Numbered from the stretch's first letter, positions 37,261 to 47,786 are shown. The stretch: DNA of 64,000 nucleotides from Candidatus Woesebacteria bacterium (GCA_016926185.1 JAFGPD010000010.1:1444-65443); one strand, 5' to 3'. A program made the numbers and translations. The notes: generated by a model not told the origin, from the sequence alone.

Positions 37261-38139
37261 ATGAATAAGAAATTGATAGCATTTTTAGTAGCGATCGCAG
37301 TTTTTATCTGTACTGGCACAATTTCTGTTAAAGCAGTTAAACCTGATAACCCTGGTAACTCTATGGATAATCCTTCAGTTGTTAATTCACAAAAACCTGT
37401 TAGAGATGATAATGAACAACAGCAGGGTAAAAGCAGTTTTGCTCACATAAAAACCCAAAACAATAAGTTGTATGTGATAACTGATAATAATGATGATACT
37501 GACACAGCAACCGATGAAGGTCAGGTTGAAGATGAATATGAAGTGGATGAGGATAATGGTTACAAAATAAGGGCACACGAGAATGCCTCACTCGTTATTA
37601 GAAATAAACTTGCAGCGCAAACTAATTTTCCGCTTAAGGTTAATCTAGATACAAATGAGCTGATAGTAACAACTCCAAAAGGAGAAAAGACTGTGACGAT
37701 CTTACCCGATAAGGCGGTTTTTAACATGCTTGCCGCAAATGTTTTGGACCAGTTAGGAGGGAAAGGCGGGCTGCAATGGATGGCTGATCAGATCACCCCA
37801 ACCTCGACACCTTCTGCCGACCTAAATCCAACATCTACTCCTTCAGGCATTATTACACCCAGTCCCTCGTCCTCTTCATCTGCTATTATCACTGATATTC
37901 CTGGTGAGACAGAGCAAGAAGAAGTTGTGGGAGTCGGGGAAGAATCACCTATTAAACTTGCTTTAGATAAGGATGGAAATCTTGTTTACGAGATAGATGG
38001 AATTAAAACAGAGAAGTTTTTGGGTATCTTCAAGGTAAAACTCAATAAAGTTGTGATAGTATCTGCTGAGACTGGTGAATTGATAAAAGTAAAACAGAAT
38101 CTTGCAAACAAAATATTAGATCTTCTATCTGTGGATTAA
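37261..38139 (+). CDS. Secreted hypothetical protein
   Basis: Signal peptide; S/T/P-rich linker; C-terminal VSAETGE. Confidence 0.65.
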   Translation: MNKKLIAFLVAIAVFICTGTISVKAVKPDNPGNSMDNPSVVNSQKPVRDDNEQQQGKSSFAHIKTQNNKLYVITDNNDDTDTATDEGQVEDEYEVDEDNGYKIRAHENASLVIRNKLAAQTNFPLKVNLDTNELIVTTPKGEKTVTILPDKAVFNMLAANVLDQLGGKGGLQWMADQITPTSTPSADLNPTSTPSGIITPSPSSSSSAIITDIPGETEQEEVVGVGEESPIKLALDKDGNLVYEIDGIKTEKFLGIFKVKLNKVVIVSAETGELIKVKQNLANKILDLLSVD

Positions 38140-38217
38140 GTAGAAACTAACTATTTATAAAGCTTTTTGATATAATTTCCAAGCTCTTTTAACCTAAAGA
38201 GTAAAATATATTAAATC

Positions 38218-39012
38218 ATGGTGAAAAAGTATAAAACAGGCGAAATAAAAATTACTATTCCTACTAACAAGAATGAACTATTAGAAAAGGTGCTTCGAAG
38301 TATCAATGGCAATATTGAGGTGAAAACTTTGTGGAATGTCATCAATGTCAATGCGATGGATAGGCTCGGGATGAGTGATCATGGACATGTACACTTTCAG
38401 ATAGTCGCCAACATCGCTCTTAAATTCGCACGAACACTGCATAAAGATAAAGTGAAGATGAGCTTGGAAAAGGATTATGGATTAAGTTATGATCATTCTG
38501 AGATTGTAATATTTCTTGCAAGTCTGCTTCATGATCTGGGTATGACAATTGATCGTAAAGGTCACGAAGGATTCTCACTTTTTCTTGCAAATAACATTCT
38601 TAGAGAAATGCTTGCTTTTATGAACAAAGAGGAACAAGTGATCATTACTTCTGAAGTTCTGCATGCGATAATTTCTCACAGGTCTGATGGTAAGCCATTA
38701 ACTGTCGAAGCAGGAATAGTAAGAGTTGCTGACGCTTTAGATATGAGTGAAGGCCGAACCAGGGTTTCTTATGAGAAAGGAATAATTGATATTTACAATA
38801 TTTCAGCAACAGCAATAGACAAAGTAGAGATAAAAGAGGGAAAGGATAAACCCATAAGTATCTTGATCACAATGAATAATTCTTCTGGGATCTTTCAAGT
38901 GGATGAACTATTGAAAAAGAAATTAAAAGGTTCGGGGATAGAAGATTTTGTAAGCATCAAGGCTGTGATCAAAGGTGACGAAAAAAGCCTTGTCAAAGAA
39001 TTTGAGTTTTGA
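38218..39012 (+). CDS. HD-superfamily metal-dependent phosphohydrolase
   Basis: DHGHVH, LLHDLG, VADALD. Confidence 0.85.
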   Translation: MVKKYKTGEIKITIPTNKNELLEKVLRSINGNIEVKTLWNVINVNAMDRLGMSDHGHVHFQIVANIALKFARTLHKDKVKMSLEKDYGLSYDHSEIVIFLASLLHDLGMTIDRKGHEGFSLFLANNILREMLAFMNKEEQVIITSEVLHAIISHRSDGKPLTVEAGIVRVADALDMSEGRTRVSYEKGIIDIYNISATAIDKVEIKEGKDKPISILITMNNSSGIFQVDELLKKKLKGSGIEDFVSIKAVIKGDEKSLVKEFEF

Positions 39013-39110
39013 TCCAGATTTTCTTCAATAGGGTGTAACTTAGATTGTCGCACATTTTCAATTGTTTTTACAGATTTTCTTTTCTTCCAAAATGGTATTT
39101 AGTTAAGTTG

Positions 39111-39410
39111 ATGAGCAGTTTTATAGAAAGAGCATCAATAGTGTATCCTCCAGGAAATGAAAAAGATGAGTCATCAAGTTGCTGCAAAACTCCGGAACAA
39201 ATACTCGCTGAATCTTTAGGGGTGAGAACTAACAATCTCTGGTCAAACGGCGTTTCTCATCAATCGGGGCAATCAAAAGAAAGAAGAAGCATACACAATT
39301 TGCCTGATAATGTAAGAGTTGAGCATTTTATAAATAAAAGTAGCAGGTTCAGCCATTCGGATCCTGTGGAAGATCATGATAGAAGAAGAAAAATGAGAAG
39401 AGGTCATTGA
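39111..39410 (+). CDS. Hypothetical protein
   Basis: 99-aa ORF filling the gap between flanking genes. Confidence 0.4.
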   Translation: MSSFIERASIVYPPGNEKDESSSCCKTPEQILAESLGVRTNNLWSNGVSHQSGQSKERRSIHNLPDNVRVEHFINKSSRFSHSDPVEDHDRRRKMRRGH

Positions 39411-39411
39411 A

Positions 39412-40626
39412 CTACTTGCTCACAAAAAGTATTACGTTTGGAAGGTTTCGCCCGGGACCAACTTTATATCCACCTGACCACAATGCTGTTGATCCACCAT
39501 CATCAAGATTCATCGCATTCTCAAACCCAAGCGCTTTCATTACTCTGGCGCTTTCTGCAACTGTTGCCGAGTGAACAACACCAATATATACGCTACTTCC
39601 TTTGTTGGCGACGAAACTTCTTCCGCCTTTACTTCCCTTTTTTGGATCATCGTCTCCACCAAAACGAACTTCACCATTCATGAGAAGTAGAGGATAATTC
39701 ATAAGCACTCCATTTGGTGAAGTATCCCGTCCCCATTCGGAGCCGCTTGCAACAAAGCGTACATACCCATCACCAAAGATTACCACTGGATTACCACTAT
39801 AGACATTATTGTCGGAATTAAAATAAGTCTTTTTATGGTTCATTGCCAGAAGATCAAAAGAATTGGTCTTTCCCTGACAGGAAGGATAAGTTGCAGGACA
39901 GAAATAACTTCCGTTAATACCTGCGTATGCTCCATTTCTGCTGATATATTCAGAAAGAGGTAGTACGGGACAATCATTGCCGCAGTTGCTGTCAGCTGCA
40001 GTGTCCACTATCACTTTTGTTGATGAAATATCAGCTGCAACCATGCTTACCAAAAATTGTCCCGCTTCGGGAGTATTTACGTATTGCCTTGAATAACCTG
40101 ATCCCGGAGGAGCGTTACTTTCGGGAGCAGTGACTTTCGGAGCCTGAGCTTCAGCGATCTTTTGAAGTTCACCGGAAATTTTCTTATCCAGTTCTGCTAA
40201 AGTAGCCTCTGCTGTTGCGTATTCTAAACTTGATAGCTCAGACAAAGCTCTTGCATATAATTCATCCAGTTCGGATAGATCATCATCAGTTTTTTCTTTA
40301 AGCTTAAGCAGTTCCTCATAGGAAGATACTGCCTTTTGGTAGGTATCTTCAACGTTACTCACTGTTTCATTAAGCTTTTCATTTATCTTTACCTGATCGA
40401 TATTTTTAAAATCTTCATATTCTTTACTTACTTTATCCAGTTCGGCTGCTTTTTCTTCTACTGCAGATTGAGTATCTGCTGCAGCTTGTTTTAGAGTTGA
40501 ATTTTGGTTTGCCAGATACGTAGTGATCGTCAATGAAGCGGATATAATAACTATTCCAACAATGCCAATAAAAGTACTTTTACCTTTGAATAATTTTTTG
40601 ATTTTATTTACTTTAATTTTTGACAT
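39412..40626 (-). CDS. Phosphodiester glycosidase (NAGPA/DUF2233) family protein with coiled-coil stalk
   Basis: AGINGSYF, AMNLDDGGST. Confidence 0.8.
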   Translation of the reverse strand: MSKIKVNKIKKLFKGKSTFIGIVGIVIISASLTITTYLANQNSTLKQAAADTQSAVEEKAAELDKVSKEYEDFKNIDQVKINEKLNETVSNVEDTYQKAVSSYEELLKLKEKTDDDLSELDELYARALSELSSLEYATAEATLAELDKKISGELQKIAEAQAPKVTAPESNAPPGSGYSRQYVNTPEAGQFLVSMVAADISSTKVIVDTAADSNCGNDCPVLPLSEYISRNGAYAGINGSYFCPATYPSCQGKTNSFDLLAMNHKKTYFNSDNNVYSGNPVVIFGDGYVRFVASGSEWGRDTSPNGVLMNYPLLLMNGEVRFGGDDDPKKGSKGGRSFVANKGSSVYIGVVHSATVAESARVMKALGFENAMNLDDGGSTALWSGGYKVGPGRNLPNVILFVSK

Positions 40627-40736
40627 AATTTAGTTTACACTTTTTATAGATAATATTAATAATTTAATTATTAAAGTCTTCACAATATAATTGATGTATG
40701 GTTATTAAAATTGCCCCCTGGAAGGGTAGGACAAAT

Positions 40737-41555
40737 ATGACGATTGAGAAAAGGTATAAAGATGATACCGGATCGTGGAACACCGTTAATGAAAAAGCCG
40801 AAAGCTTAAAAAAGTTCATAAGGAAAACATTGCTTACAATATTTCTGTTGTCTCTTGTTACTTTTGTTTTCCTTGTGTCATTCAACCCCCCTTTGCCCCA
40901 AAAGGATGTAATATTAGATAAGATAATTCATCAGGAACCCTATCAAAATAAGGAAATTATCGAGCAGCAGATAATTACAAAGGGTGATTATAGATATAAA
41001 GTAATACCGCAATATTCCTACGAGCTTTATGGTCTTGTTGTTTCGCAGTACAATAGCGAAAATTTTTTAGACGTTAGACACAAGAAAGACCCTGCCCAGA
41101 TCAAGGACTTGTGTGTTGTGTGGGGGGACAATATTGTAAGTGGTATTTATAAGGACATTGAGTACAAAAGTGGAGAATTCACTTGCTATGCGAAACCAAA
41201 AGAAGGTGTTGATTGGAGCGCATTTTCTATGCAAAATTTGTCCAATAATCATTTAGTTCCCGCTGATGATGAAATTGCAGACAAAATCAGAAAAGCCAAT
41301 ATTGCTGATCAGGTCTACATAAAGGGTTATTTATCAAGTTACGAGATCTATGATATTAATGGTGATCTCATTTCAAGCAGGGGAACCAGTATCAAAAGAG
41401 AGGATAGTGGTAATGGTGCTTGTGAAACAATTTTTGTTACCGATTTTGAAATTTTAAAAGGAAAAAACTACCTATATAGATATGTTCGTGACATTTCCGG
41501 AATTACAGCGGTGTTTTCATTTTTAGCCTTAGCTGTGGTTATATTGTTTCTATAA
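40737..41555 (+). CDS. Hypothetical membrane protein
   Basis: N- and C-terminal TMs; SNNHLVP, RGTSIKREDSGNGACE. Confidence 0.65.
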   Translation: MTIEKRYKDDTGSWNTVNEKAESLKKFIRKTLLTIFLLSLVTFVFLVSFNPPLPQKDVILDKIIHQEPYQNKEIIEQQIITKGDYRYKVIPQYSYELYGLVVSQYNSENFLDVRHKKDPAQIKDLCVVWGDNIVSGIYKDIEYKSGEFTCYAKPKEGVDWSAFSMQNLSNNHLVPADDEIADKIRKANIADQVYIKGYLSSYEIYDINGDLISSRGTSIKREDSGNGACETIFVTDFEILKGKNYLYRYVRDISGITAVFSFLALAVVILFL

Positions 41556-41597
41556 AATCTTTGTTATTGAGGTTGTATGTTAATATATGTGTGACAA

Positions 41598-41939
41598 ATG
41601 CAAATAAATATAAATCCAAAGGATCTCAAAATAAGTGAGAAACAGGAGTTATTTATATTTAGAAAGTTCAAAAGCCTGACAAAGATCTTGAAAAGGTTTG
41701 ATCCTGACGAAAAAACTGTTGATATACGTGTGGTAGAAGGTTCAAGATGGGGATACAAAATTAGTTTTTCAATGTGGCTTCCAAGGAAAAAACATATTTT
41801 TGCCAAAGTTAAGGGAAAGAACTTCGAAGATGCCGTTAATGAGCTCAAACAAATTGTGATAAGACAGGTCAGACAGTATAAAGAGGAGCTGACCAGGAAA
41901 GAGGTGGAAAAAGAAAAGCTTCTGGATAGTCTCAAGTAA
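41598..41939 (+). CDS. HPF/RaiA-like ribosome-associated protein
   Basis: MQININPKDLKISE...IFAKVKGKNFEDAVNEL...RQVRQYKE (S30AE pattern). Confidence 0.65.
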   Translation: MQININPKDLKISEKQELFIFRKFKSLTKILKRFDPDEKTVDIRVVEGSRWGYKISFSMWLPRKKHIFAKVKGKNFEDAVNELKQIVIRQVRQYKEELTRKEVEKEKLLDSLK

Positions 41940-41943
41940 AAAT

Positions 41944-42624
41944 ATGAAAAATAAGGGAAGGATATTATTCACCGGTTTTGTTACACATGATGTTATGCGA
42001 TTTATTGTAGAAAAACCGGAAGGCTTTGAGTTCACACCTGGACAGGCTACAGAGGTTGCTATTGCCAAGGATGGTTGGGAAGACAAAAAGCGTCCTTTCA
42101 CATTTACTTCACTTGCTGATGATGAAGTATTGGAGTTTATTATTAAGGGTTATCCCGTTAAAGATAATCCGGAACATAGCGGAATGACTGAAAAACTTCA
42201 CACTTTGAAACCCGGCGATGAGCTTTTATTTGATGATCCGTGGGGCACTATTGAATACAAAGGTCCGGGTGTTTTTATCGCAGGGGGTGCCGGAATAACT
42301 CCTTTTATAGCGATCATAAGAGATCTTAAAGTAAAAAATAAACTTAAAGGAAACAAACTATTTTTTTCAAACAAAACAGCAAAAGATATCATCTTAGAAA
42401 AGGAATTAAGGGAAGCGTTTGGTGATGAGCTTTTGCTTACATTAACAAGAGAGAAGTTACCCGGTTATTCAAATGGCAGGATCAATAAGAACTTCTTGGG
42501 GAAATATGTCAAAAGATATGATCAGAATTTCTATGTCTGTGGTCCAAAGAAAATGGTTGAGGATATCAAAAAGATCTTAGATAGTTTAGGAGCAAGCTCC
42601 GATTCTTTGGTTTTTGAAGAGTGA
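41944..42624 (+). CDS. FAD-binding ferredoxin/flavodoxin reductase family
   Basis: FTPGQ, RPFT, IAGGAGITPF, FYVCGP. Confidence 0.9.
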   Translation: MKNKGRILFTGFVTHDVMRFIVEKPEGFEFTPGQATEVAIAKDGWEDKKRPFTFTSLADDEVLEFIIKGYPVKDNPEHSGMTEKLHTLKPGDELLFDDPWGTIEYKGPGVFIAGGAGITPFIAIIRDLKVKNKLKGNKLFFSNKTAKDIILEKELREAFGDELLLTLTREKLPGYSNGRINKNFLGKYVKRYDQNFYVCGPKKMVEDIKKILDSLGASSDSLVFEE

Positions 42625-42650
42625 TTGACCTTTATTAGAATTAAACGAAT

Positions 42651-43025
42651 ATGGATCAATTAACAAATAAGCATACTTGCCAAGCTATGGTTGTTGCCTG
42701 TATTGATTTCCGTTTTCAAAAATACTTGCGAAAATTTGAGGACGAAAATATTCATGGTGGATATGACTTATTGACCTTTGCGGGTGGTGTCAAGCAACTA
42801 GATCAGGTTTTGGAAGAAATAGATATTTCAAAAAGACTTCATGAAATTCACGAACTTTATCTGGTCAATCATGAGAATTGCGGGGCATATGGGGAGGAGA
42901 GTACCTACGAAAATCATAAAAGAGATCTAGAGAAAGCATATAACGCAGTCAAGGAAAAATATCCGGATATCAACATTCACAAGTATTATCTTCATTTGGA
43001 TGGTCAGTTTGAAAAGATCGATTAA
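42651..43025 (+). CDS. Beta-class carbonic anhydrase-like protein
   Basis: CIDFR, AGG, HENCGAY zinc ligands. Confidence 0.75.
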   Translation: MDQLTNKHTCQAMVVACIDFRFQKYLRKFEDENIHGGYDLLTFAGGVKQLDQVLEEIDISKRLHEIHELYLVNHENCGAYGEESTYENHKRDLEKAYNAVKEKYPDINIHKYYLHLDGQFEKID

Positions 43026-43052
43026 ACTGCTTGTGTTAATAAATTTTTAGTT

Positions 43053-43448
43053 ATGAATGATTTGAAAAATAAAAGTGAAGATTATTGGAAAGATAAGTTA
43101 ACCGACGAAGAATATAAGATACTTCGGGAAAAGGGTACTGAAAAGCCTTTTACTGGTGAGTTTTTGGACAACAAAGCCGATGGAACTTATGTTTGCAAAG
43201 CCTGTGGCAATCCGTTGTTTAATTCGGAAACAAAATTCAAGTCGGGAAGCGGTTGGCCGAGTTTCTATGACGTCGTTGATAAAGGAAATGTTGAGCTGAA
43301 AGAAGATAATTCCTTGGGAATGAAGAGAACGGAAGTGGTATGTGGTAACTGCGGTTCACACCTGGGACATCTATTTGAGGATGGTCCAGAGCCGACGAGG
43401 AAAAGGTATTGTATAAATTCAGCTTCATTGGAATTTACTATTAGGTGA
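43053..43448 (+). CDS. msrB: Peptide-methionine (R)-S-oxide reductase
   Basis: [39 protein letters not shown]. Confidence 0.95.
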   Translation: MNDLKNKSEDYWKDKLTDEEYKILREKGTEKPFTGEFLDNKADGTYVCKACGNPLFNSETKFKSGSGWPSFYDVVDKGNVELKEDNSLGMKRTEVVCGNCGSHLGHLFEDGPEPTRKRYCINSASLEFTIR

Positions 43449-43598
43449 TTTCATCCTTTTTTCAGCTAATTTGAATAATAAAAAAATCGTGTTTTACTCT
43501 ATCACTAATTATTTTTTTTGTCTCTCTTCATCTTGTATGGTTAAAAAGGAGAAAAACAAAAATAGACTTATAGTATTTTACTATATATAATAGATTAT

Positions 43599-44786
43599 AT
43601 GAAAGTGGAATTAAACTCAAACAGAACAATGGTAGGCATTCCTTTTTATGATGCAGAAGGGGAAGAAGTTCTGGAGGCATGTTTATCAGATGTTGATCGA
43701 GCATTAAACAATTTAGGTGTAGACGCACAAATTGTAGTAGGTATAAATGGTCCAATGACATGTCGTGGTTATGAACCATTATCACAGAGTATAAATAGAT
43801 CAAAATATAATGCCTCTGTTAGGTTTATAAAAACGTTGCCGGGTCAGGTAGCTGCATTAAATCAACTAGCTTGTCATGGCGTAGATATGCAATGCGAGCG
43901 AATTTTTTTAACAGATGCTGATATTTCAAGATTGCCTGATTCTTTGGGTGCGATGTGGACAGAAGGTTCAAAACCTTTAGTTGGAGCAAGGTATTCAGCT
44001 TACCCAATTGAATTGATGATGGATGCTGGAATAGAAATAAGCGACGAGGAGGCAGGGCTTATTGAAATTTTTGAAGCGGATAAACACCCTTCGGTAAGGC
44101 GGTACGTTTCTGATTTAAGACCGAAAAATAGAGTTAAGGGTAGTCTTATGTTGGTTGATATAAATTATGCACAGTCAATGCATGGTGATCAAAAAGTAAC
44201 TCCAGATAGTCGAATGAACTTTAATATTGGACAGACTGATAGGCAAATAGTTGATCGTGCTGGATTTATGCATTATCCACGTACCAGTTTGACCGATCAC
44301 ATTCAAGCGAGGGTTAGACACTTCAGAGCCGCTTCTGCTGAAGGTCGATTAGATATACAATACAGAAAGGAGTTATTTCCGAGCCCCTGCCAGGTAGAAT
44401 CAATTGCTGAACAAATTATTTTTGATGATCCTACTGCTCTAAAGGAGGTTTCGAACTTGTTGTTAAGGTCTGCTCTCAGACAAGAGGTAGCAGGTATATG
44501 TCGAGATATAGCGGATGATAGCTTTACAGAATGGTGGGGACAGCGTTTTAGTAATGAAGAGACTGACTTGAATACACTGGTGCATTCATTTCAGGAGGCT
44601 CAGTGTAGAATTTGTAGATTGTTGAGAAATGTTAATTGGCATGATCTAGATTCTGCTGCATCTAATGGACATGGTACAACACAATCTAGTAAATCTAGGA
44701 TACCAATAAATCTAGAACCATATATGAAAAATATTAATTATCGAAGAATGATTTTTTCCTACCTAGGAGTTGAAGAAGATAAATGA
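43599..44786 (+). CDS. Divergent GT-A-fold glycosyltransferase-like protein
   Basis: VGIPFYD..., IVVGING, GQVAALN, IFLTDAD (DxD). Confidence 0.5.
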   Translation: MKVELNSNRTMVGIPFYDAEGEEVLEACLSDVDRALNNLGVDAQIVVGINGPMTCRGYEPLSQSINRSKYNASVRFIKTLPGQVAALNQLACHGVDMQCERIFLTDADISRLPDSLGAMWTEGSKPLVGARYSAYPIELMMDAGIEISDEEAGLIEIFEADKHPSVRRYVSDLRPKNRVKGSLMLVDINYAQSMHGDQKVTPDSRMNFNIGQTDRQIVDRAGFMHYPRTSLTDHIQARVRHFRAASAEGRLDIQYRKELFPSPCQVESIAEQIIFDDPTALKEVSNLLLRSALRQEVAGICRDIADDSFTEWWGQRFSNEETDLNTLVHSFQEAQCRICRLLRNVNWHDLDSAASNGHGTTQSSKSRIPINLEPYMKNINYRRMIFSYLGVEEDK

Positions 44787-44794
44787 TATAACAT

Positions 44795-45502
44795 ATGTTT
44801 TTATTGATTAATAAACCAAAAGGGATTACTTCGCATGATGTGGTGAATAGAATTAGGAGATTGGTAAACACCTACCCTGCTACGCCAAGGCTTCGTAGGG
44901 CAAGGATTGGGCATGCGGGGACATTGGATCCGAATGCTACGGGACTTTTAATAGTCGGTATCGGAAGAGAGTCTACGAAGAAGTTGGGAATGTTAGCAAA
45001 AGATACGACAAAGACATATATTGCAGAGATCGTTTTGGGGGAAGAGAGAGAGACGGATGATGTAGAGGGAAATATTCGAAATACTAAATACGAAATACTA
45101 AATACTAAACAAATTACAAATTCCAAAATTCAAACAGTATTAAAACAATTCATCGGACAGCAGAAGCAGTTGCCACCGGAGTATTCTGCGATAAAGATAA
45201 AAGGCAAAAAAGCATATGAGCTGGCAAGAAAGGGAAAAGATGTGAAGCTTGAAGCAAGAAAAATAGTGATTCATTCCATTAAACTTCTAGGATACATTTA
45301 TCCAAAGCTGGAAATTGAATGTGAAGTTTCCTCAGGAACATATCTTCGGGCACTGGCCAGAGATATTGGAAGAAAGCTGGGTACAGGTGCATATTTGAAA
45401 AACCTCAAAAGAACTGCAATAGGAAAGTATGAACTTAAAGATGCGATCAAGTTAGACAAAATAACTTTGGAGAATTTGAAAAGCTTCAGTTTTGAGATTT
45501 AA
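44795..45502 (+). CDS. truB: tRNA pseudouridine(55) synthase
   Basis: INKPKGITSHDVV, GHAGTLDP, QLPPEYSAIK, SSGTYLRALARD. Confidence 0.95.
   Translation: MFLLINKPKGITSHDVVNRIRRLVNTYPATPRLRRARIGHAGTLDPNATGLLIVGIGRESTKKLGMLAKDTTKTYIAEIVLGEERETDDVEGNIRNTKYEILNTKQITNSKIQTVLKQFIGQQKQLPPEYSAIKIKGKKAYELARKGKDVKLEARKIVIHSIKLLGYIYPKLEIECEVSSGTYLRALARDIGRKLGTGAYLKNLKRTAIGKYELKDAIKLDKITLENLKSFSFEI
44875..44904. repeat. REP-like palindrome inserted in frame in truB
   Basis: CCCTGCTACGCCAAGGCTTCGTAGGGCAAG, 30 nt, read as PATPRLRRA. Confidence 0.7.
45070..45134 (+). repeat. Degenerate 7-nt tandem repeat (AAATACT-like) within truB
   Basis: aaatact aaatacg aaatact aaatact aaac aaattac aaattcc aaaattc. Confidence 0.65.
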
Positions 45503-45655
45503 ATTTCTGTCATTTGTCATTCGAATAAGTTATTTTGAATATGGGATTTTCTAATTTATTTTTGTTGAGCAAAGAAGTTTTTATATTATGACGCTGTTAT
45601 GCTACTTATGCTATTGCCAGTGACTGTGCCAGAGCCTGAAAGATAAAATTGTCAT

Positions 45656-45681
45656 TGTTCCGTTGTCTAGACAACGGAACA
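45656..45681. repeat. Perfect 26-bp intergenic palindrome
   Basis: TGTTCCGTTGTCT|AGACAACGGAACA. Confidence 0.7.
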
Positions 45682-45842
45682 GTTAATTTGTAAGACTTTT
45701 GTAGTACTTTTTTAAGACTTTAGACTCAGATGCAGATATTCATATATTAAGATGTTCGGATGTCCAATTTCAACATGGTTTATTAAATGTCGGTATGATG
45801 TATGAACGGAAATCTTATGAGCTTAACTTGTGTATACTATAA

Positions 45843-46616
45843 ATGTTTATGAATGCCTTAAATTATATTTTATTAGGAGTTGTTCAGGGATTGACGGAAT
45901 TTCTTCCTGTTTCTTCATCAGGACATTTGGTAATATTTCAGAGCATTTTACCCGGAGTTAACGAGCCGGGAATTATTCTCGAGGCATTTTTGCACGCTGG
46001 GACTTTACTTTCAGTTATTTATTTTTTTCGAAAGACATTTTTTAGGAAAAATATTAAATATTGGATATTGATCTGTATTTCTACTATTCCTGCAGTCTTG
46101 GTTGGGCTTTTCTTAAACGATCACGCTGAAAAGCTTTTCACTAATATCAGGGTCGTTGGTGTTGCACTTTTAATTACTGGTTTTATTAACTTCGCGACAG
46201 GCAAGATCAGATCAAAGATAAGGGAATCAGTGGCTTTTGAAAAATTTAACATGAAAGATATTTCAAATTCTTTAATAATTGGAGTTTTTCAGGCTGTTGC
46301 AATAGTCCCCGGAATATCACGTTCAGGTTCGACAATATTTGCCGGAAGAAAGCTGGGCTTAAGCAAAAATGATGCGGCGCAATTTTCTTTTTTAATGTCT
46401 ATTCCCGCAATACTTGGTGCGAACGCTTTCGAATTTGTGACCAGCAATAAAATTAATAGTGACTTTAACTATTTATATCTTATTGGATTTATATTTTCTT
46501 TTTTGTCAGGAGTGATCGCGATAAAGATCGTAATTAGATTTTTAGAAACGGCAAAATACGAATACTTTTCCTTTTATGTTTTTATTGTAGGAGTATTGGT
46601 GTTAATTATATCTTGA
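45843..46616 (+). CDS. uppP: Undecaprenyl-diphosphate phosphatase
   Basis: QGLTEFLPVSSSGH, PGISRSGST. Confidence 0.95.
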   Translation: MFMNALNYILLGVVQGLTEFLPVSSSGHLVIFQSILPGVNEPGIILEAFLHAGTLLSVIYFFRKTFFRKNIKYWILICISTIPAVLVGLFLNDHAEKLFTNIRVVGVALLITGFINFATGKIRSKIRESVAFEKFNMKDISNSLIIGVFQAVAIVPGISRSGSTIFAGRKLGLSKNDAAQFSFLMSIPAILGANAFEFVTSNKINSDFNYLYLIGFIFSFLSGVIAIKIVIRFLETAKYEYFSFYVFIVGVLVLIIS

Positions 46617-46979
46617 AGCAAACTCCAAAAACTTCGGAATAAATAAAAACAAACCGATAATAACAGACATCATTGCTGCCAGAAGGACCATTGCAGCTGA
46701 GACATCTTTGGCAACTTTTGCCTCAGGACGAATTTCTGGACTAACAAGATTTACTAGTGCTTCAAGCATCGTATTGAGTAGCTCTAAAATTAGGACAAAA
46801 AATATTGTAAATGCCAAAAGTGCAAATTCAGAAAAATCCAGTTGAAGAAGAATTGCCATAATTAGCACTATGGTTGTGATAGTTAAATGAATACGAAAGT
46901 TCGGCTCTCTTGTAATGGCAGTCTTCAATCCCGTAAAAGCATACTTGAAACTTTTTATAGTTGAATGTTTTTTCAACAT
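46602..46979 (-). CDS. dgkA: Diacylglycerol/undecaprenol kinase family
   Basis: SFKYAFTGL, EPNFRIH, ELLNT.LE..V, AKVAKDVSAA. Confidence 0.85.
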   Translation of the reverse strand: MLKKHSTIKSFKYAFTGLKTAITREPNFRIHLTITTIVLIMAILLQLDFSEFALLAFTIFFVLILELLNTMLEALVNLVSPEIRPEAKVAKDVSAAMVLLAAMMSVIIGLFLFIPKFLEFASRYN

Positions 46980-47077
46980 TTTACGTCTTTCTTATTTAAC
47001 CAGATTATTTGCTTGGAGTCTATTATATTAAGAATATGGACTTTTTCCGAAAGTCTGCATATTATGTAAATAGGGCA

Positions 47078-47776
47078 ATGTGGAAAAAAAATCAGTTTTT
47101 AATTTTGTTGACAGTGGTTTTTGTTTTGCTGGCCAGTTTTGTAGTATTCGAACCGGGACAAAATAAAATTACAAAAGATCACTCCAACAGTCAACAAGTA
47201 CAAATGGGTTGTGTTTATCAGGATCTCTCAGGTGCGATCGACTATTCTCAGACAGTTGCGATTTTTAACGGTAAGCGAATTGATATACCCAGATATGCTT
47301 ACCTTGATAGTGTTGACAATAAGGTTTTAGGATTGGCCACAGAGGAGAGGTGGATCGAGGTTGATCTGTCTGACCAGAAGTTATACGCATGGGAAGGAGA
47401 TAGGCTTTTCATGGAAAGTCTGATCTCCTCAGGACTTCCCTGGTGGCCGACGCCGACAGGCGAGTTCAGGGTTTGGATAAAGCTGAGAGCAACAAGGATG
47501 GAGGGTGGGAGTGGTGCATATTATTACAATTTACCGAATGTCCCCCATACGATGTATTTTGCTAACGATGAAATACCTAGCTGGAGAGGTTTTGGGATAC
47601 ATGGAGCGTATTGGCACAATGAATTTGGCACTCCCCGCAGTCATGGCTGTGTCAACCTGCCTTTAGATGCTGCTGAAATGCTTTATTATTGGGCTACTCC
47701 AATTTTGCCTGAAGGTAAAACCTCAGTACGCTCAACCCTTGAAAATCCGGGTATAAGGGTGATCATCCATGAATAA
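47078..47776 (+). CDS. L,D-transpeptidase (YkuD) family
   Basis: IEVDLSDQKL, TPTGEF, GIHGAYWH...SHGCVN; start uncertain (47036 or 47078). Confidence 0.9.
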   Translation: MWKKNQFLILLTVVFVLLASFVVFEPGQNKITKDHSNSQQVQMGCVYQDLSGAIDYSQTVAIFNGKRIDIPRYAYLDSVDNKVLGLATEERWIEVDLSDQKLYAWEGDRLFMESLISSGLPWWPTPTGEFRVWIKLRATRMEGGSGAYYYNLPNVPHTMYFANDEIPSWRGFGIHGAYWHNEFGTPRSHGCVNLPLDAAEMLYYWATPILPEGKTSVRSTLENPGIRVIIHE

Positions 47777-47786
47777 CCTTTAGATT

